The notes: generated from the sequence alone by a model not told the origin. Positions 26,151 to 39,377 are shown, numbered from the stretch's first letter. The stretch: DNA of 64,000 nucleotides from Eledone cirrhosa (GCA_964016885.1 OZ024740.1:162626001-162690000), one strand, 5' to 3'. Numbers and translations are program-made.

Positions 26151-26158
26151 GAGATAGA

Positions 26159-26241
<83 letters not shown>

Positions 26242-26821
26242 AGAGAGAGGGAGAGAGAGAGATAGTCTCTGCTGTAGGTAAAAGACCAAAGAATTAAACA
26301 ACTGACAATTAGTACATTAAATTATCTTAACAAATGTGTTTTTTGTGTGTGTGTTTTACTAGTTCTTATTTCCCACGTATATTGTGTTCACTAAAAATGA
26401 ATGTTTATCAAATTCATGCTTGTTATTTGCACAAGTAAAAGAATTGCGCAAATAAAATATATCAAACAAAACAATATATGTGAAACAATGAAACAAGATA
26501 AAGTTTTGTTGTTTTCGACTGATGAGGGAGAAAGAGAAGAAAGAGAGGAACTGACAGACTGACCGACAGACAGAAAGACACTCAGAGAGACAGAGAGAAA
26601 CAGACGGACAGTGAATGCATTTTCAATTCTGTTAGAATTAGATACTCATAAATACTCGGTAAGAGAATATTATGTAAATAAATAAAGAATAATTAAAATG
26701 GTTATTATATATTTGTGGTACAAGAATACAAAAATACACACAGGAATATATAGAAAGAAATAGAGAGAATTGAAATAGAAATAGAAGCTTCGTCGTAACA
26801 TTGGCTACATAGTATAGTCTA

Positions 26822-27412
26822 ATAATTGTTTCTTCTTTTGGTACAAGGCCAGTGCATTACCGGTACTTTATTTTATCGACCCCGTAAGGATGAAAGGCAA
26901 AGTTAACCTCGGCGGGATTTGAACTCAGATCGTAAAGGGACGTAACTATGCTGGAAAGCATGTCCGACCCTCTACCGATACTGCCAATTCACCTAAAGGG
27001 ACGTATAAATCCACTGAATAGAAAAAGATGGGTATCAGCACACATTGGAGTGGAACTCAAACTCCTCGTTTGCTGGATAGTACGCTAACATTACGCAAAT
27101 GAACCCACCCAGCTTTTTCCATTATTTTTCGAAGCTATGGCTTAATAGCGATATGTAAGTATAGGAATTATGTTTGGAACTCACTGAGGGAAGTTTTAGA
27201 ATTGAAATAGATATAGAAGCGTCACCGTAATATTGCCTATATATTTGTTTCTACTTTTGGCACAAGGCCAGCAATTAATCCAGTGTATTACTGGTACTTT
27301 ATTTTATCGACCCCGTAAGGATGAAAGGCAAAGTTAACCTCGGCGGGATTTGAACTCAGAATGGCAAGGGCAGTAACTCTTTGCACTGCATGGCATCCGA
27401 GCCTATACCTCT
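26822..27412 (-). mobile_element. Two Meta-SINE copies (about 26822-26995 and 27245-27412) in a locally duplicated segment
   Basis: Core motif present; the second has TSD CCTATATATT. Confidence 0.8.
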
Positions 27413-27776
27413 ACCTATATATTATAGTCTCATAATGGGGCGTATAAACTCACTGAACGGGAAAAGATGTGTATCAGTACATAGATTCGTGGTTTACTGA
27501 GGAAGTTACTAAAATCAAAGCTCTACGCTATAGCAGAATGCATGTATTAAGATCAAACTGAGGTTTCACGTTAGGGTCTTTATTAATTATGCACAGTTAC
27601 AACCGTTTCACAGATGGGTGGCACAGGATCCATGTTAATGTTATAGACCCGACTCTAGCTCAATCTGCTCATCGGGCTTGTTAATCAAGCGAAACCAATG
27701 TAACATTAACATGACCGTGAAACATTCGTAGCTGTGCATAATCAATAAAGACCTTAATCTGAAACGTCGTTTTGTT

Positions 27777-27840
<64 letters not shown>

Positions 27841-27846
<6 letters not shown>

Positions 27847-28104
27847 TAAAATAACAGATTAAAGTTTAAGCAAAGAATCGCTGCTTTCACCCTTAACGGG
27901 ATATTCTGAAACTAACGAAGTCAATCTGTAAACGCAGAACTGGATATTTCAAAAAACGTTGCAACCGGAGGAAAAGCAGCGATTCTTTGCTTAAACTTTA
28001 ATGTTATTTTGATAAATATTTGCTCTAGGGTTCTTATATATTTGATATATATTTTCCTTATCGAGCCCTCTTTGGATTTTAGTCTTCAATTTTATTATTA
28101 TTAC

Positions 28105-28110
<6 letters not shown>
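27841..28110. mobile_element. Solo fold-back pseudo-LTR of the Penelope family at 41.2-44.4 kb
   Basis: 27841-27972 matches 41306-41438 directly; 27973-28110 matches 41215-41352 in inverted orientation. Confidence 0.8.
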
Positions 28111-28179
<69 letters not shown>

Positions 28180-28211
28180 ATTTCCTAGTAACTTGAAAAA
28201 AATGATAAACG

Positions 28212-28254
28212 CCTTTAATCAATTTTCGGCTCTAGTTGGGTCTTCATCAGAAGG
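28212..28254 (-). ncRNA. Type I hammerhead ribozyme with weakened stem II
   Basis: Minus strand: CCTT-CTGATGA-agacccaactagagcc-GAAA-ATtgAT-TA|AAGG. Confidence 0.6.
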
Positions 28255-28308
28255 TATGTGCAGAGATTTAAATTTATCGTACACTTCGGCTGCTTGGCGA
28301 ACTTCTTA

Positions 28309-28372
<64 letters not shown>

Positions 28373-28537
28373 TGTCACGTGATTGATTCTTTAGAATTTG
28401 CCACTGACCAAGTAGGCAGTGAATTTTTTCAGTGCCCTGGAATCTAGTCCCCGCTCGCTTTTTTCCATCCACTGAATTATTATTTTTATATGGGTTCCTA
28501 ATGTCCGCGCATTGCCTGGGAACGTAGCTGAGAATAG

Positions 28538-28619
28538 ACTCCCTGATGACGTAAGGATTTCTCTATAGTTGCGTTGCGAAACTATATTTATTCCCTTACA
28601 GAAATTAATTAGTTGGAGT
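28538..28619 (+). ncRNA. Type I hammerhead ribozyme with full stem III
   Basis: ACTCC-CTGATGA-c-GTAA...TTGC-GAAA-CTA...TAG-TT|GGAGT. Confidence 0.7.
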
Positions 28620-28807
28620 GAAAATTTTAGTAAGTTAATTTTAAAATTTTCTTATTTTACGTCTTTCATATAATTGTTCTGCATCCCCTTGCATAGAACC
28701 ACAAAGGTACTAAGACATAACATATATATTTGCTAGCATAGGTATACATCTGTATACATATGTTGGTAGATATACTAATTCTATATATATATATATATAT
28801 ATATATA

Positions 28808-31800
28808 CTAGCAGAAGTGCCCGGCGTTGCTCGGAGTTTAATTGCTTTAAATACTTTTAATGATTCCACTCAATTATAATTATTGAGGCATTGAAAGTAA
28901 ATACGGGTAAGTTTGAAAATATACAACAATAGCATCTACTCATCATATGTCAGACCGGCAAGACTGCAGTGGTGCTGTATAGAGGAGTCACAACACCTCT
29001 CTGTAGACCACATTTTTTGTTCTGCCTTTGGGTGCAAGTATGAATAAGTTCTGCTTGCATCCCACTCTTGAGCATGCGACGTATAATTGGCCGTGTGAGA
29101 AGCACGGCTGGGCTAAATGCAGGCTGGCCGTTGATAGCGTTTGGCCTTGGGACTTGTTGATTGACATCGCGAAGCAAAGTTTAACGGCGAATTGAAGTCG
29201 GCGCAGAGTACAGGGACATTCCGTACCTGATGGAGTTAATGGTATTCTGCGTATGAAGACGTTTTCTCCAGCACCGCAACCCATGAGAATTGTGGCTTCA
29301 ATTACATGCGGCAGGAGGTTTCTTACCACTAACTGTGTTCCGTTGCAGAGATGTGGTGGTTCCAGGTTCCTCAACAGCATGACTAGAGTCCCAACTTTGA
29401 CGCGCAGTTCATGAGGTGGCAGTCCAGAGAGGTCCAAGGAATTGAGGAATTCTGTGGGAAAATCGTCAACCTCATCTTTGTCCACAACTTTGTCCACAGA
29501 TTTCTAGGTACGGAGGTTTCCAGGAATGTGTTGCAGAAGGTCCTCATTGATTTTTGCAACGAAGACATTTTTGGGAGCCAATATGGCTCTATCGCACAGC
29601 CAACTCGTGTTTTTGTAGTTGATGGCCATATCGGGAAAGACAGAGTCTGTGAGGTCGTCAACAGTGTGGACAACGGTGCTTACTTGCGAGTCTGCCATTT
29701 CTCCAGCTGCATCTGAAGGTGCAGTGCCGTCACCAACTGTTAAGAGGTCCTTTGAGAAGTCGACTGATGAGTGGTCGCCGAGCAGTTGGGCTCTCATGTT
29801 TGTTTTGAGGGTCAGAATTGTCACTTCCTGCCACAGGGGAGATGGCTTAATGCAATCCCCCACAGTGTCGGCCCTGGTGGCTTTTGGAACAACTGGAAGA
29901 GTTTGTCGAAAATCGCCAGCCAGCAGTAGAGGTACTCCTCCCATCGGTCGGTTGCATTCCCTGATGTCTCGTAGGGTCCTGTCTAACGCCTCAAGAGACC
30001 CTTTATGGGCCATTGTGCATTCGTCCCACACAATTAGGTGGCATCTTTTCAAGACTTCCACTTTGTCAGAGTCCTTGGTGATGTTGCAGGTTATTGTGTC
30101 GTCTGAAGTCGTGTTGAATGGCAGTTTAAATGCGGAATGAGCTGTCCTACCTCCGGGCAGCAGAGTTGCGGCAATGCCAGAAGCCACAGCCAGGGCGATT
30201 CCTTTTTGCTGTTGCACTGTGGTGGCCCGCCGTTGGTCCTGCAACAATTTCGGCTCGTTTTCGTTGATGAACAGTACGAGGGCGTCGTCGTCGTAGGCAG
30301 TTTCCTGAATTATGCCCGTCAGAAGTTTGTCGGAGCCCGTTTGCTGAACTTTTGGCAGTCCATAGAATTGAAGGTCATTTCCGCCGGCAGTTAGGATTTT
30401 ATTCTCGATGTCAATGAGAGCTTTGTTGAAGAATTCGTCGCTGAGTCGTACGTCGGAATGAGGGAGTAGCAGTTGTCCTTGGTGTATGTAGTCATCGGAA
30501 AGGTCCTCTTTGTATTTGTCCCATAAGGATGCAGGGTCGCTTAACTCGCATGTCAGCAGTAGTACCGCAAAGAGTTGCCGAAGAGTTCGCGCTGAGCGTA
30601 TTGTAGCTGCCTCCGCCAATGTCGCATCCCACTGAGCGCCATCTTCCAGTAGACCCCGTCTAAGGCAGGCTGCGCGGAATGAAGTACAAAGCTCTCCGTT
30701 GATTGTTTTCAGATCGTCGAAAGATGTCGATCATACCACCTCATGCAGTAGAAGGCGGAGATAAAAGCATTCCTGTTTGTTAGGATGAATGGTGTACACT
30801 CGCCCAAGGGTAGGGGACATTTTAATGTCTGGATGTCCCTCGACGGGTTGTCCTTTCACCCTTCTTAACCAAATTCGGTTGTCTGTGTTCCATGTGTAGT
30901 ATGATGGCACCTGAGAGTAGAAGAGGGTCTTGGCGAAGGGATCGTTCCGGCATAACTTAAAAAATGCCGTAAGTGTGGTGTCCTTGGGTTCCTCACCAGC
31001 GGTGGAGGCGGTGAAGTAGACTCTTTGACCGTTTTCAAGGTGCTCCGCCAACTGTTTAAATAATAGGTCAAACCTGTAAGCCAAGCCCGTCTGAGTTATA
31101 GCACAAAAGAGCGTAAACAGGGGCGATATTCTGGAGCACACTGGAAAATAAATCATCGAAATCGAAGGTTCCTGAAAAATATTTCTCATTATTTTTTTGT
31201 CTCATATTGCGAAAAACAAAGAAAAAAATTACAAAAAGGACAACAATAAAATATAATGTCTTTGTTGAGATTCAAGTAAATGAATGCTTAAGCGTCGTTA
31301 TGATTACGTTTGTTGTTTTATAAATTCATCTGTTGCTTTTTAATATTTGTTATTTGATGTAAAATGTAAGTGTGTAAAATGTAACGTTGAGAGATTCGCG
31401 TTCCTGAACGAAGAGGGGGAATGATCTATTATAGAGAGAGGGAAGAGCAACGGAGAGAGTATAGCTAAGAAACCATAAGTAGGTGTGTTAAACCTCGAAG
31501 CGTGAAGAGAGAAAAGCAGTTAAATTATAGAGAGGGGGAATAATCTATTTTAGAGAGAGGGAAGAGCGACGGAGAGAGTAAAGCTATGTTTGTTGTATAA
31601 ATTGATGTGTTGCTTAGTTTTCAAAGTTTGTGTCGCGTTCCGTGAAAAGAAGTTTTGTCGCTGTTATAAATTATAATGGTGATAGGGTAGTAGACGGAGG
31701 CAGTAACTTTTTAAAGCGAGTTGCAGAGGATATTGATGGGGGAGTAGAGGGAGGAATGAACCTTTTAAAGAGAGTTGCAGAGGAGATTGAGAGTGGAGTA

Positions 31801-32100
31801 GAGGGAGGAATGAACCTTTTAAAGAGAGTTGCAACATGTATGTAGTTTCATAGATTGTTGATGGTAGTAGACAGAGTGAATAAGCGTGTAAGAGAGAGGA
31901 TTAAAGCATTTATTTAGTTTTATCGATTTCTTTTCATAGAAGCAGGAAATTTTTGGCAAAGTTTATTACGCGTTGACCATCCTTGGTAAATTTGGAGCAC
32001 ATTGGAAAAAAATCATCAAAATCGGGAGAGAAATATGGAAATGCATAAACATCATACACACACACACAGACAGACATCTTCCGTTTTATATATAGAGAGA
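28808..32100 (-). mobile_element. Internally deleted Helitron
   Basis: Minus-strand 5' end TCTCTCTATATATAAAA; 3' hairpin CCGAGCAACGCCGGG followed by CTAG|T; RepHel remnants inside. Confidence 0.9.
28988..31070 (-). pseudogene. Helitron RepHel remnant (Rep-helicase linker + Pif1-family helicase)
   Basis: HLENGQRVYF, ECFYLRLLL, GGRTAHSAFK, IVWDECTM, GDFRQTLPV, RAILAPKN, FAMSINKSQGQT, GQLYVACSRV; Walker A and HUH motifs absent; frameshifts. Confidence 0.9.
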
Positions 32101-32567
32101 CTAGCAGAAAACCACCCACCGGGTGGTTTTCTGCTAGTCGATATATATTTAACACACACACAAACACACAAACACACACACATACATATATAAATATACA
32201 CCCATGTTCATATTTTGAGATGCATTATTCTCAAATCAGATTATTATCTCTGACAGGAAGAACCAGTTTATAATTTTTAAGAAAAATTAAGCATACAGAC
32301 ATATTTTAGGAAACTTATGAATTCCTGTACACACACACACACACAAACACTTACACAGATACACACAGACACACGCACAGACAGACACACACGCATACAG
32401 ACACATACGCTAACACACACATACCATACACACACTCATACATACGCACATATGCACACACGCTAACACACACATACACACGCACATACACACTTAAACC
32501 TATATATATGTATATATATAGAGAGACACACATAATATACATATATAATATATATATATATAATATA

Positions 32568-32609
<42 letters not shown>

Positions 32610-32879
32610 CACACACATATAACACACACCCATATATAAAACACACACACGCACACACATACACACACATATAACACACACACACATATATAACACACAC
32701 ACACGCACACACATACACACACACACATACACACACACATAGACACACACATATAACACACACACATATAATACACACACACACACGCATACACACACAT
32801 ATATATATATATATATATTATATGCTCAGTCCCAGTGAGTTGGTTAAAACACAAAAGCCAGTCTTAAAGTTGTCTGAAA

Positions 32880-33260
32880 ATTCAAAGAACTCGGCTGTGT
32901 CTGGCTAGATCTCCATGGTAACTACTCCAAGGTCGCGCGTGCCATGGCTGGGAACGCAGGTGTCACGTACTGGCCTAGAACGCTGGTTGTTGGAATCAGT
33001 GGTCGACGACAGGGAGTGAGAGGGGAGAGAAAGAAAGGCAGAGGTGAAGTGACGTAAGGACTCTCTTCCTCCTCCTCCTCCTCCATCTCCCCATTCGTCA
33101 CAGCGATAGAGGGGGGGAATGTTAGTGTGTTACAAAAAGAAAGAGTGAGAGTGAGAGAAACAGACAGACTAAAAGAGAGGGATAGCTGGAGAGAGAGATA
33201 GCAACCACGCGCGCACGTGTTTCCACTGTCGGACAGACAGACAGGGAAATTGGTGGTTAT
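32880..33260. promoter_or_regulatory. Possible promoter or enhancer (CpG-richer unique stretch)
   Basis: X-box-like ATCTCCATGGTAAC at 32909-32922, CRE-like TGACGTAA near 33050, TAGCAAC and E-box CACGTG near 33200-33220. Confidence 0.3.
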
Positions 33261-33376
33261 ATATTATAAGGAGATATATATATGTGTATATATATTTCAA
33301 GAGTTAAACTAATATATTTCTTCCGTGTACTGTGCCGTTTGTTTTGTTATTTTTGTTATGAATTTTTTGTTATTTC

Positions 33377-33482
<106 letters not shown>

Positions 33483-34879
33483 TGTATGTGTGTGTATGTG
33501 TGTATGTGTGTGTGCGTGTGTGTGTGTGCGTGCGCGTGCGTGCGTGTGTGTGTGCCTGTGTGTGTGTGTGTGCGCGCGCGCTGCGCTAGCACATGAATAA
33601 TATAGAGATGAAAATTAAGTCATTTTAATCTTATGGTACATGTTTCTAAAAAATAAAAACTAGCAAAAGCAAAATAAATAAATGAAAAACGGAATAGTGA
33701 AACACTTTTCCCAAGCTCCATTATTTAAATATACATGTATCTACAAGCTCCATTATTCAAAAGATAGGTATCTATATATTACAAACTGAACACAGACGCA
33801 AGGAATTACATATTTATTCCGTTCATTTCTATGTCATCAGAGAAGGTGTAAATGATTAAATAAGCAAATACTGTAAAATGATATCCTTATATTTCAACAA
33901 TTACAATATATGTCATGTAATTGTTGAGTTTCAAGGAATTATTCCAAGTATTTGCATTATAAGTTCAAATTCTGCGTAGGTGCCTAAAGTTTGGACAGGT
34001 GGGGCTACATTTTGTAGAGTTGCTAGTATATCACCCGACCGTACATGGATTTGATGTTCCACAAAGGAATGTTATGGGAATTTGGTTTTACAACCTGATT
34101 CCCTCTCAAAGTACAACAGTAAAAAACATTAACACTTTCGTCACCATATTTCTAATGAAAGACATTACCTATAATGTTCAAATAATTTCGAAAATAATCA
34201 AGAATGCGGAAGGATTTAATAATATAACTAAATTTTAAATTATTAAGCTGGTGTGTGGAATATAACTTAACAAAAGATTTTAAAAAACCTTTTAAACCCT
34301 ATTAAAACTTTAAGAAATCCTTTTTGAATTTTTTTTTCTTTTTACTTTCAAATGGGATCGAGTCTCTGGTCTACGTTTATGAAAGAGTCAGTAAATCACT
34401 GTAACTCATTTGCAGATGGGTAAAAAAAAAAATCCGCTGGGAGTGATGGACACCGAGCCGTTGTTACAGTATCTTTCTAAAAGAAGAAAACTTTGAAATA
34501 AAATATGCGGTTAATGTGATTACTGGTCATCTGGCCTAGGCTTGTCACCAGACAATAATCACTAAAACTTAGAGAGTGGTGTTCGTGTAGTACAAGTGTT
34601 TGCCACTATAATCCAATGATGCACAGATGTCTCTTTTGTGATCTTCTCATCTGTCATTTTTACAACTGAAAGTCCTATGGGGACGTGTACAGACGTGATC
34701 AGTAGGAAGCATATAGTTGCATATCTACACATAGGCGGTAGGGGGTCTTATCATAACATCGTTGTTATGTCTTCCTGTGACAGGGACTATATCCATATAG
34801 TTAATTTAGCTTGAAATCAATCATTGATTGACCAACAATTAAAAATATAGATATAAATATATATCTATAAATATATATA

Positions 34880-34985
34880 TATAGTGTCTATCAAAGTTCT
34901 TTCATCACACACCTGTGACATAATCAGTGGTACTATTTTTTTCCCTCCCGTTGTATTGTAATGTCTATTCTATTTTTATTTATTT
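34880..34985 (-). repeat. Penelope pLTR-like repeat with degenerate hammerhead; second copy at about 61028-61135
   Basis: CTGATTA-t-GTCACA ggtg TGTGAT-GAAA here, versus CTGATGA-t-GTTGCA gatg TGCAAC-AAAA in the second copy. Confidence 0.55.
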
Positions 34986-35054
34986 ATTTTTATTTTCAAG
35001 TATCTCGAGGCCGTGATCACGAGTGATGGAAGGCAGGTGGTCGAACTCCCACTG

Positions 35055-35455
35055 TCATCGCCTCCATCTCTTTCGCCCTCCCCATCTCTCTGTATTATGA
35101 GCAAATGGGGTCCCACGTGCTGGCTGCCTCATGGCCCCAGCGGACAGAATGGAGAAGCTGTTTCCGCGGACAGAATGGAGAAGGATGGTGAGGAAGATGC
35201 GCTGGAAGAGCCATTCCATCTCCCGAGGCTCATACCCGTGATCAGCGCCTATGGTGGTAAGTAGGGAGGTATCCCTAACGACCGCAACTCTGTTAGAGAG
35301 GGACTGATACTTGGAGAGTTTGCCCTCCTCAGCCTGACGTGCAGCAGAACCTGGATTAGTCGCAGACTGCACCAGGTTGCGGCTGGAGAAAGTGTCACTG
35401 CAAGTGGCATCCCAGACGAGGGGTTTGCCAGTGCGGAACGGGAAGATGGTCATAC
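35055..35455 (-). pseudogene. CRE-clade LINE restriction-like endonuclease C-terminal fragment
   Basis: PFRTGKPLVWDATCSDT...GSAARQAEEGKLSKY...EPREMEWLFQRI...RGNSFSIL. Confidence 0.75.
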
Positions 35456-35530
35456 GGTAAGTGATTTCGTGAGTTGCTCTTTCCCATATAAATAGCTGTG
35501 CGTGTGTCTCAGTGAGTCGAGATGCATGGT

Positions 35531-36124
35531 TGCTATAGCCAGTAGTGAATGAACAATAACAAAGGCCACTACTTTAATAGTTTTTATTAACAAATAACTT
35601 ACGTCGCGGTTATTATGATAATACAGGAAAACAATAAAAAATCACAGTGAAATTGTGTATTATGTTTGTGGAATTGGTTTGGCATAGATGCTGTAGTAAA
35701 GATTGAATGGATCTAACTTTTGTTGGAATCGAACGAGAGTACGACTTTCCCGGCTCGCTGGCCGAATAGTCTGAAAGGGACAGGACCCAACGGATCGGAA
35801 TAAGTATGTTGACAACTGCATCGTTCTGATCTATGTCCTAAACTGAAGCGAACTGGTTGCTTGACAGCTGATAACAGACAATTTATGAGAAATTTGTTAT
35901 TGTTGACAATAAGCAGATGACCCCACAGAAAACTGTTTTCCTCAGAGAGTTTGACGACATAATTACCAAAAACAATGGGAGTAAATGACGCCAGGTGCCG
36001 TACAAAGAAAATCGCTTATCTATTCCCCGTATCCTTAGACCTGAGGTTAGTGTACGGGATGGTAGGATTTATTTCGCCAACGGGGGACACAATAGTCCAA
36101 ATCTCTCTGCTTAGATTCCCTACA
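35531..36124 (-). mobile_element. Possible solo LTR
   Basis: Minus strand starts TGTAGGG, ends CA, with AATAAA near the 3' end; no TSD seen. Confidence 0.25.
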
Positions 36125-36126
36125 CA

Positions 36127-36198
<72 letters not shown>

Positions 36199-36215
36199 TA
36201 TATATTATATATATA

Positions 36216-36570
36216 TGATGGCTGAAAACTCTGCCAAGAGTATTGCAATCGCTTGTCAGATTACAGAAAATGGTGCACCTTTAGGCTACGGCCAGCCACA
36301 CGAACCTGTATCAGATCTTGAACAAGCAATGCCTGTGCTTTGGAGGTTTTTTAAGTGGGGAAAGGCCTTGCACTCGTCAATCCCACTCTCTGAGCATAGA
36401 AAACACTACCCGAAAAGGAGAACTGGTCAACATCATCGGATGCCTCCGAAGCCGCAGGTTTTTTTTTTTTTCAGAGTTTCCCTCTCATAGAAAGGTGTTG
36501 TGACAACAACCGGGGGGCATTTCACTCCCAGGTGATAAGAAAAAATGCAATTTGGATGGCCGTAGACCAC
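36216..36570 (-). mobile_element. Third, diverged bipartite RTE derivative
   Basis: GCAATGCCTGTGC...CAATCCCACTCTCTGAGC...CCCGAAAAG...CAACATCATCGG...GCCGCAGG shared with the RTE 5'UTR; 3' end CTCTTGGCAGAG...CAGCCATCAT. Confidence 0.75.
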
Positions 36571-36632
<62 letters not shown>

Positions 36633-36849
36633 ATGTGGTCAACTTTTCGCGGTAGGATTTATACTCTAGTTAGAAGAAGACGTTATGATCGAACCCATAT
36701 ATTATGCCTGGTAGTTTACAGTTCTGTATCTGCTATAGATCAGTCAATATATCGATATGATCACCCCCTCCGAAGCGATCGTAAAACAATGAATGAGATA
36801 ACTAAAGTAACTTGCCTTTGATATCAATGTTAAATAAACTAATATGTAA

Positions 36850-37796
36850 TCTATATATATAAAACTGTGGTTGTCTGTCTGTCTATCGATTTTTGGCACA
36901 CATCTCCTCTTAGAATCTCTCACGGAATTGCACCGAAATTGCTATACTTGTACATTGAGCCCTAGCGAAGACATCGGAAAAAAATATTTCAAATTGACCC
37001 ACCCTATGTGACGAAATCGAATATAATGTATCGATTTTTGAGCGTAAGTTATCAGTTATTTCCCTTTGTTCTGTTTACATTGAGCGTCTTACGTAAAAAA
37101 TTACGCTGGCTTTCTCAGCGTTTAAAATGACATTAACACAATACACGAACAGTTGTCGAGCCAGCAAAATATTGACCTGCAAAATTCATCAGTTCGAACA
37201 CTAAGCTTCCGTTTTGCTTCATTTCCATTTAAAAGCATTTTAAAACAATATTTTTACTTGAAAACAAGTCTATTTAAAGACTACGTAAAACAAGCAAATA
37301 TTTCGTCGTTAGGCGTGCAGACAGACAGTCGTGCAGACAGACAGTCGTGCAGAGAGGTGATATACGCGTGCAGACAGACAGTCGTGCAGAGAGGTGATAT
37401 AGGCGTGCAGACAGACAGTCGTGCAGAGAGGTGATATAGGCGTGCAGACAGACAGTCGTGCAGAGAGGTGATATAGGCGTGCAGACAGACATAACTGATA
37501 ATTTGGTTACGCTAATGTTTTTCTCTGCGTTGCAGTGTTTACATTTTCGATCTTTGTTAATAAATAACCAGTGCAGTTTCTATCCCCAGCATCCTCTTTT
37601 GTTATAACATTCGGGTTATCGTTATGTTTTCTTAACTTCATAAGGCATATTGTTGGTTGAGGGAATATTAATCAAAAACACCACATGCAAGTCTGCACAG
37701 TAGACACTACAGTTTTTAAGCCAAGAAAGAAACTTAACATTGTAACTTTAACACAGCTACTGAGCGACCCCGAGCAACGCCGGGCTTTACTGCTAG
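36850..37796 (+). mobile_element. Non-autonomous Helitron with an internal 37-bp tandem repeat (37311-37490)
   Basis: A|TCTATATATATAAAA...CCCGAGCAACGCCGGG...CTAG|T. Confidence 0.85.
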
Positions 37797-37831
<35 letters not shown>

Positions 37832-38037
37832 CTGCAAATATACATACATACATATGTATATATGTATATATAAATATGTATGTATATATATATACACATA
37901 TATATATATACATATTTATATATACATATATATATATATATGTATGTATGTATATGTGCACACACACATATATATATATATGTATATATATATAAATGTA
38001 TATACATACATATATACATAAATACATATATACATAC

Positions 38038-38068
<31 letters not shown>

Positions 38069-38123
38069 AATGTATATACATACATATATACATAAATACA
38101 TATATACATACATACATATATAC

Positions 38124-38162
<39 letters not shown>

Positions 38163-39144
38163 CATATATGTATATACATATATATATATACATACATACA
38201 TATATATATACATACATATATATGGGTACAACAACGTATATATATATATGTATATATATATATGTATATATATATTTAAACGATAATATGCACACACCAC
38301 GCGCGTGCGCAAGATGACGCGTATTTCAAGGTTTGGTATGTTAAATAATTACACTAAAATACGAAGAAGAGAAAATAATGTGAACATGAAGAAAATGACA
38401 AGCTTTGGATATTTTATAAATGCTTACATAATGGCTAAAATAGAAATAATTTGTTGTTCTTTTCAAAGTGTATATATTTTATGACGGTTTCAATCAAGAG
38501 AAAATTGAAATTTAATTGCTTATGTAATTGAAGGCGTGATAGAAACTAGTTGAAACACTTAGTCTTAATAATTGCTTTGCCGTTCTGGTTAGATAGACAT
38601 TTGATTCCAACTTAATGAATTCTAGATGTCAAAAAATTAAATTGGATACCATCGTGAAACGGAAGTTATAAACAAATCCAGACCGGACATAATTTTTGAG
38701 AGACGAGGGAAGCTCTTTCCATGAGAATATATTTCGATTTATATGAAGATTGCCTTTATTTCATTATGTAACCCACGGCATCTTTTTACCATTTAGAACG
38801 AATGCCTTTCAGAGGTGACACACAGGAAATAATGCCGAAAGATTCAGTACAAATTCGGTTCATTCGAAAACCTCCATTTAATAGTGTTGAGCTACATCAC
38901 TCCAACCCAACCTTTCAACACTTGGGCATTTTCGCTACAAACCCAGAAATGGGCCTATACGTAGTCACTTGATCTGCTAGAAATAGTAGCCAAATATCTT
39001 AAATCATATTCAACCGTCTTACAAACAGAACGACACACTGTAGTCTTTAGTATATTGGGGGTTGGGGACGATTTTTCAAGACCTGAGAGTACGTGAATTA
39101 TTGACGAACGTAATAATAAAAACTCAACACCGAAGTAGAGTTTA

Positions 39145-39279
39145 AGTATTCATTTATTATGACTAAGTCTTGTTATTCTGGAGTCTCACCTGCGTACTCA
39201 CCAGACAAGACTGGTGATCTTGTGAGTGCACAGGTGAAACTTTAGAGTAATAAAGCTCACCAATAGCTATAATAAATGA

Positions 39280-39282
<3 letters not shown>
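39145..39282. ncRNA. Degenerate fold-back pair of hammerheads
   Basis: Plus strand CTGGTGA-T-CTTGTG agtg CACAGG-T-GAAA-CTTtaGAG-TA; partly deleted inverted partner to the left. Confidence 0.5.
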
Positions 39283-39313
<31 letters not shown>

Positions 39314-39377
39314 GTAGGACACTGGAAGATAATATCCGTAGTGATAGAGCACTCAGTTCATGGGACGAGTTAGGTAG

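Noticed and set aside
26519-26545. CTGATGA...GAAA matches here and near 46652
   Set aside because: No supporting stems; chance matches. The match at 13856-13893 has stems but a mutated GAAA and is too degenerate to call.
27030-27110. tRNA gene on the minus strand
   Set aside because: A- and B-box-like motifs but no convincing cloverleaf; more likely a SINE head. The same applies to the Meta-SINE heads.
28988-30619. Host PIF1 helicase gene
   Set aside because: Intronless, frameshifted, lacks Walker A, and is bounded by Helitron termini
37311-37490. 37-bp repeats of CRISPR-like length
   Set aside because: Contiguous tandem units without spacers, inside a Helitron, with no cas genes
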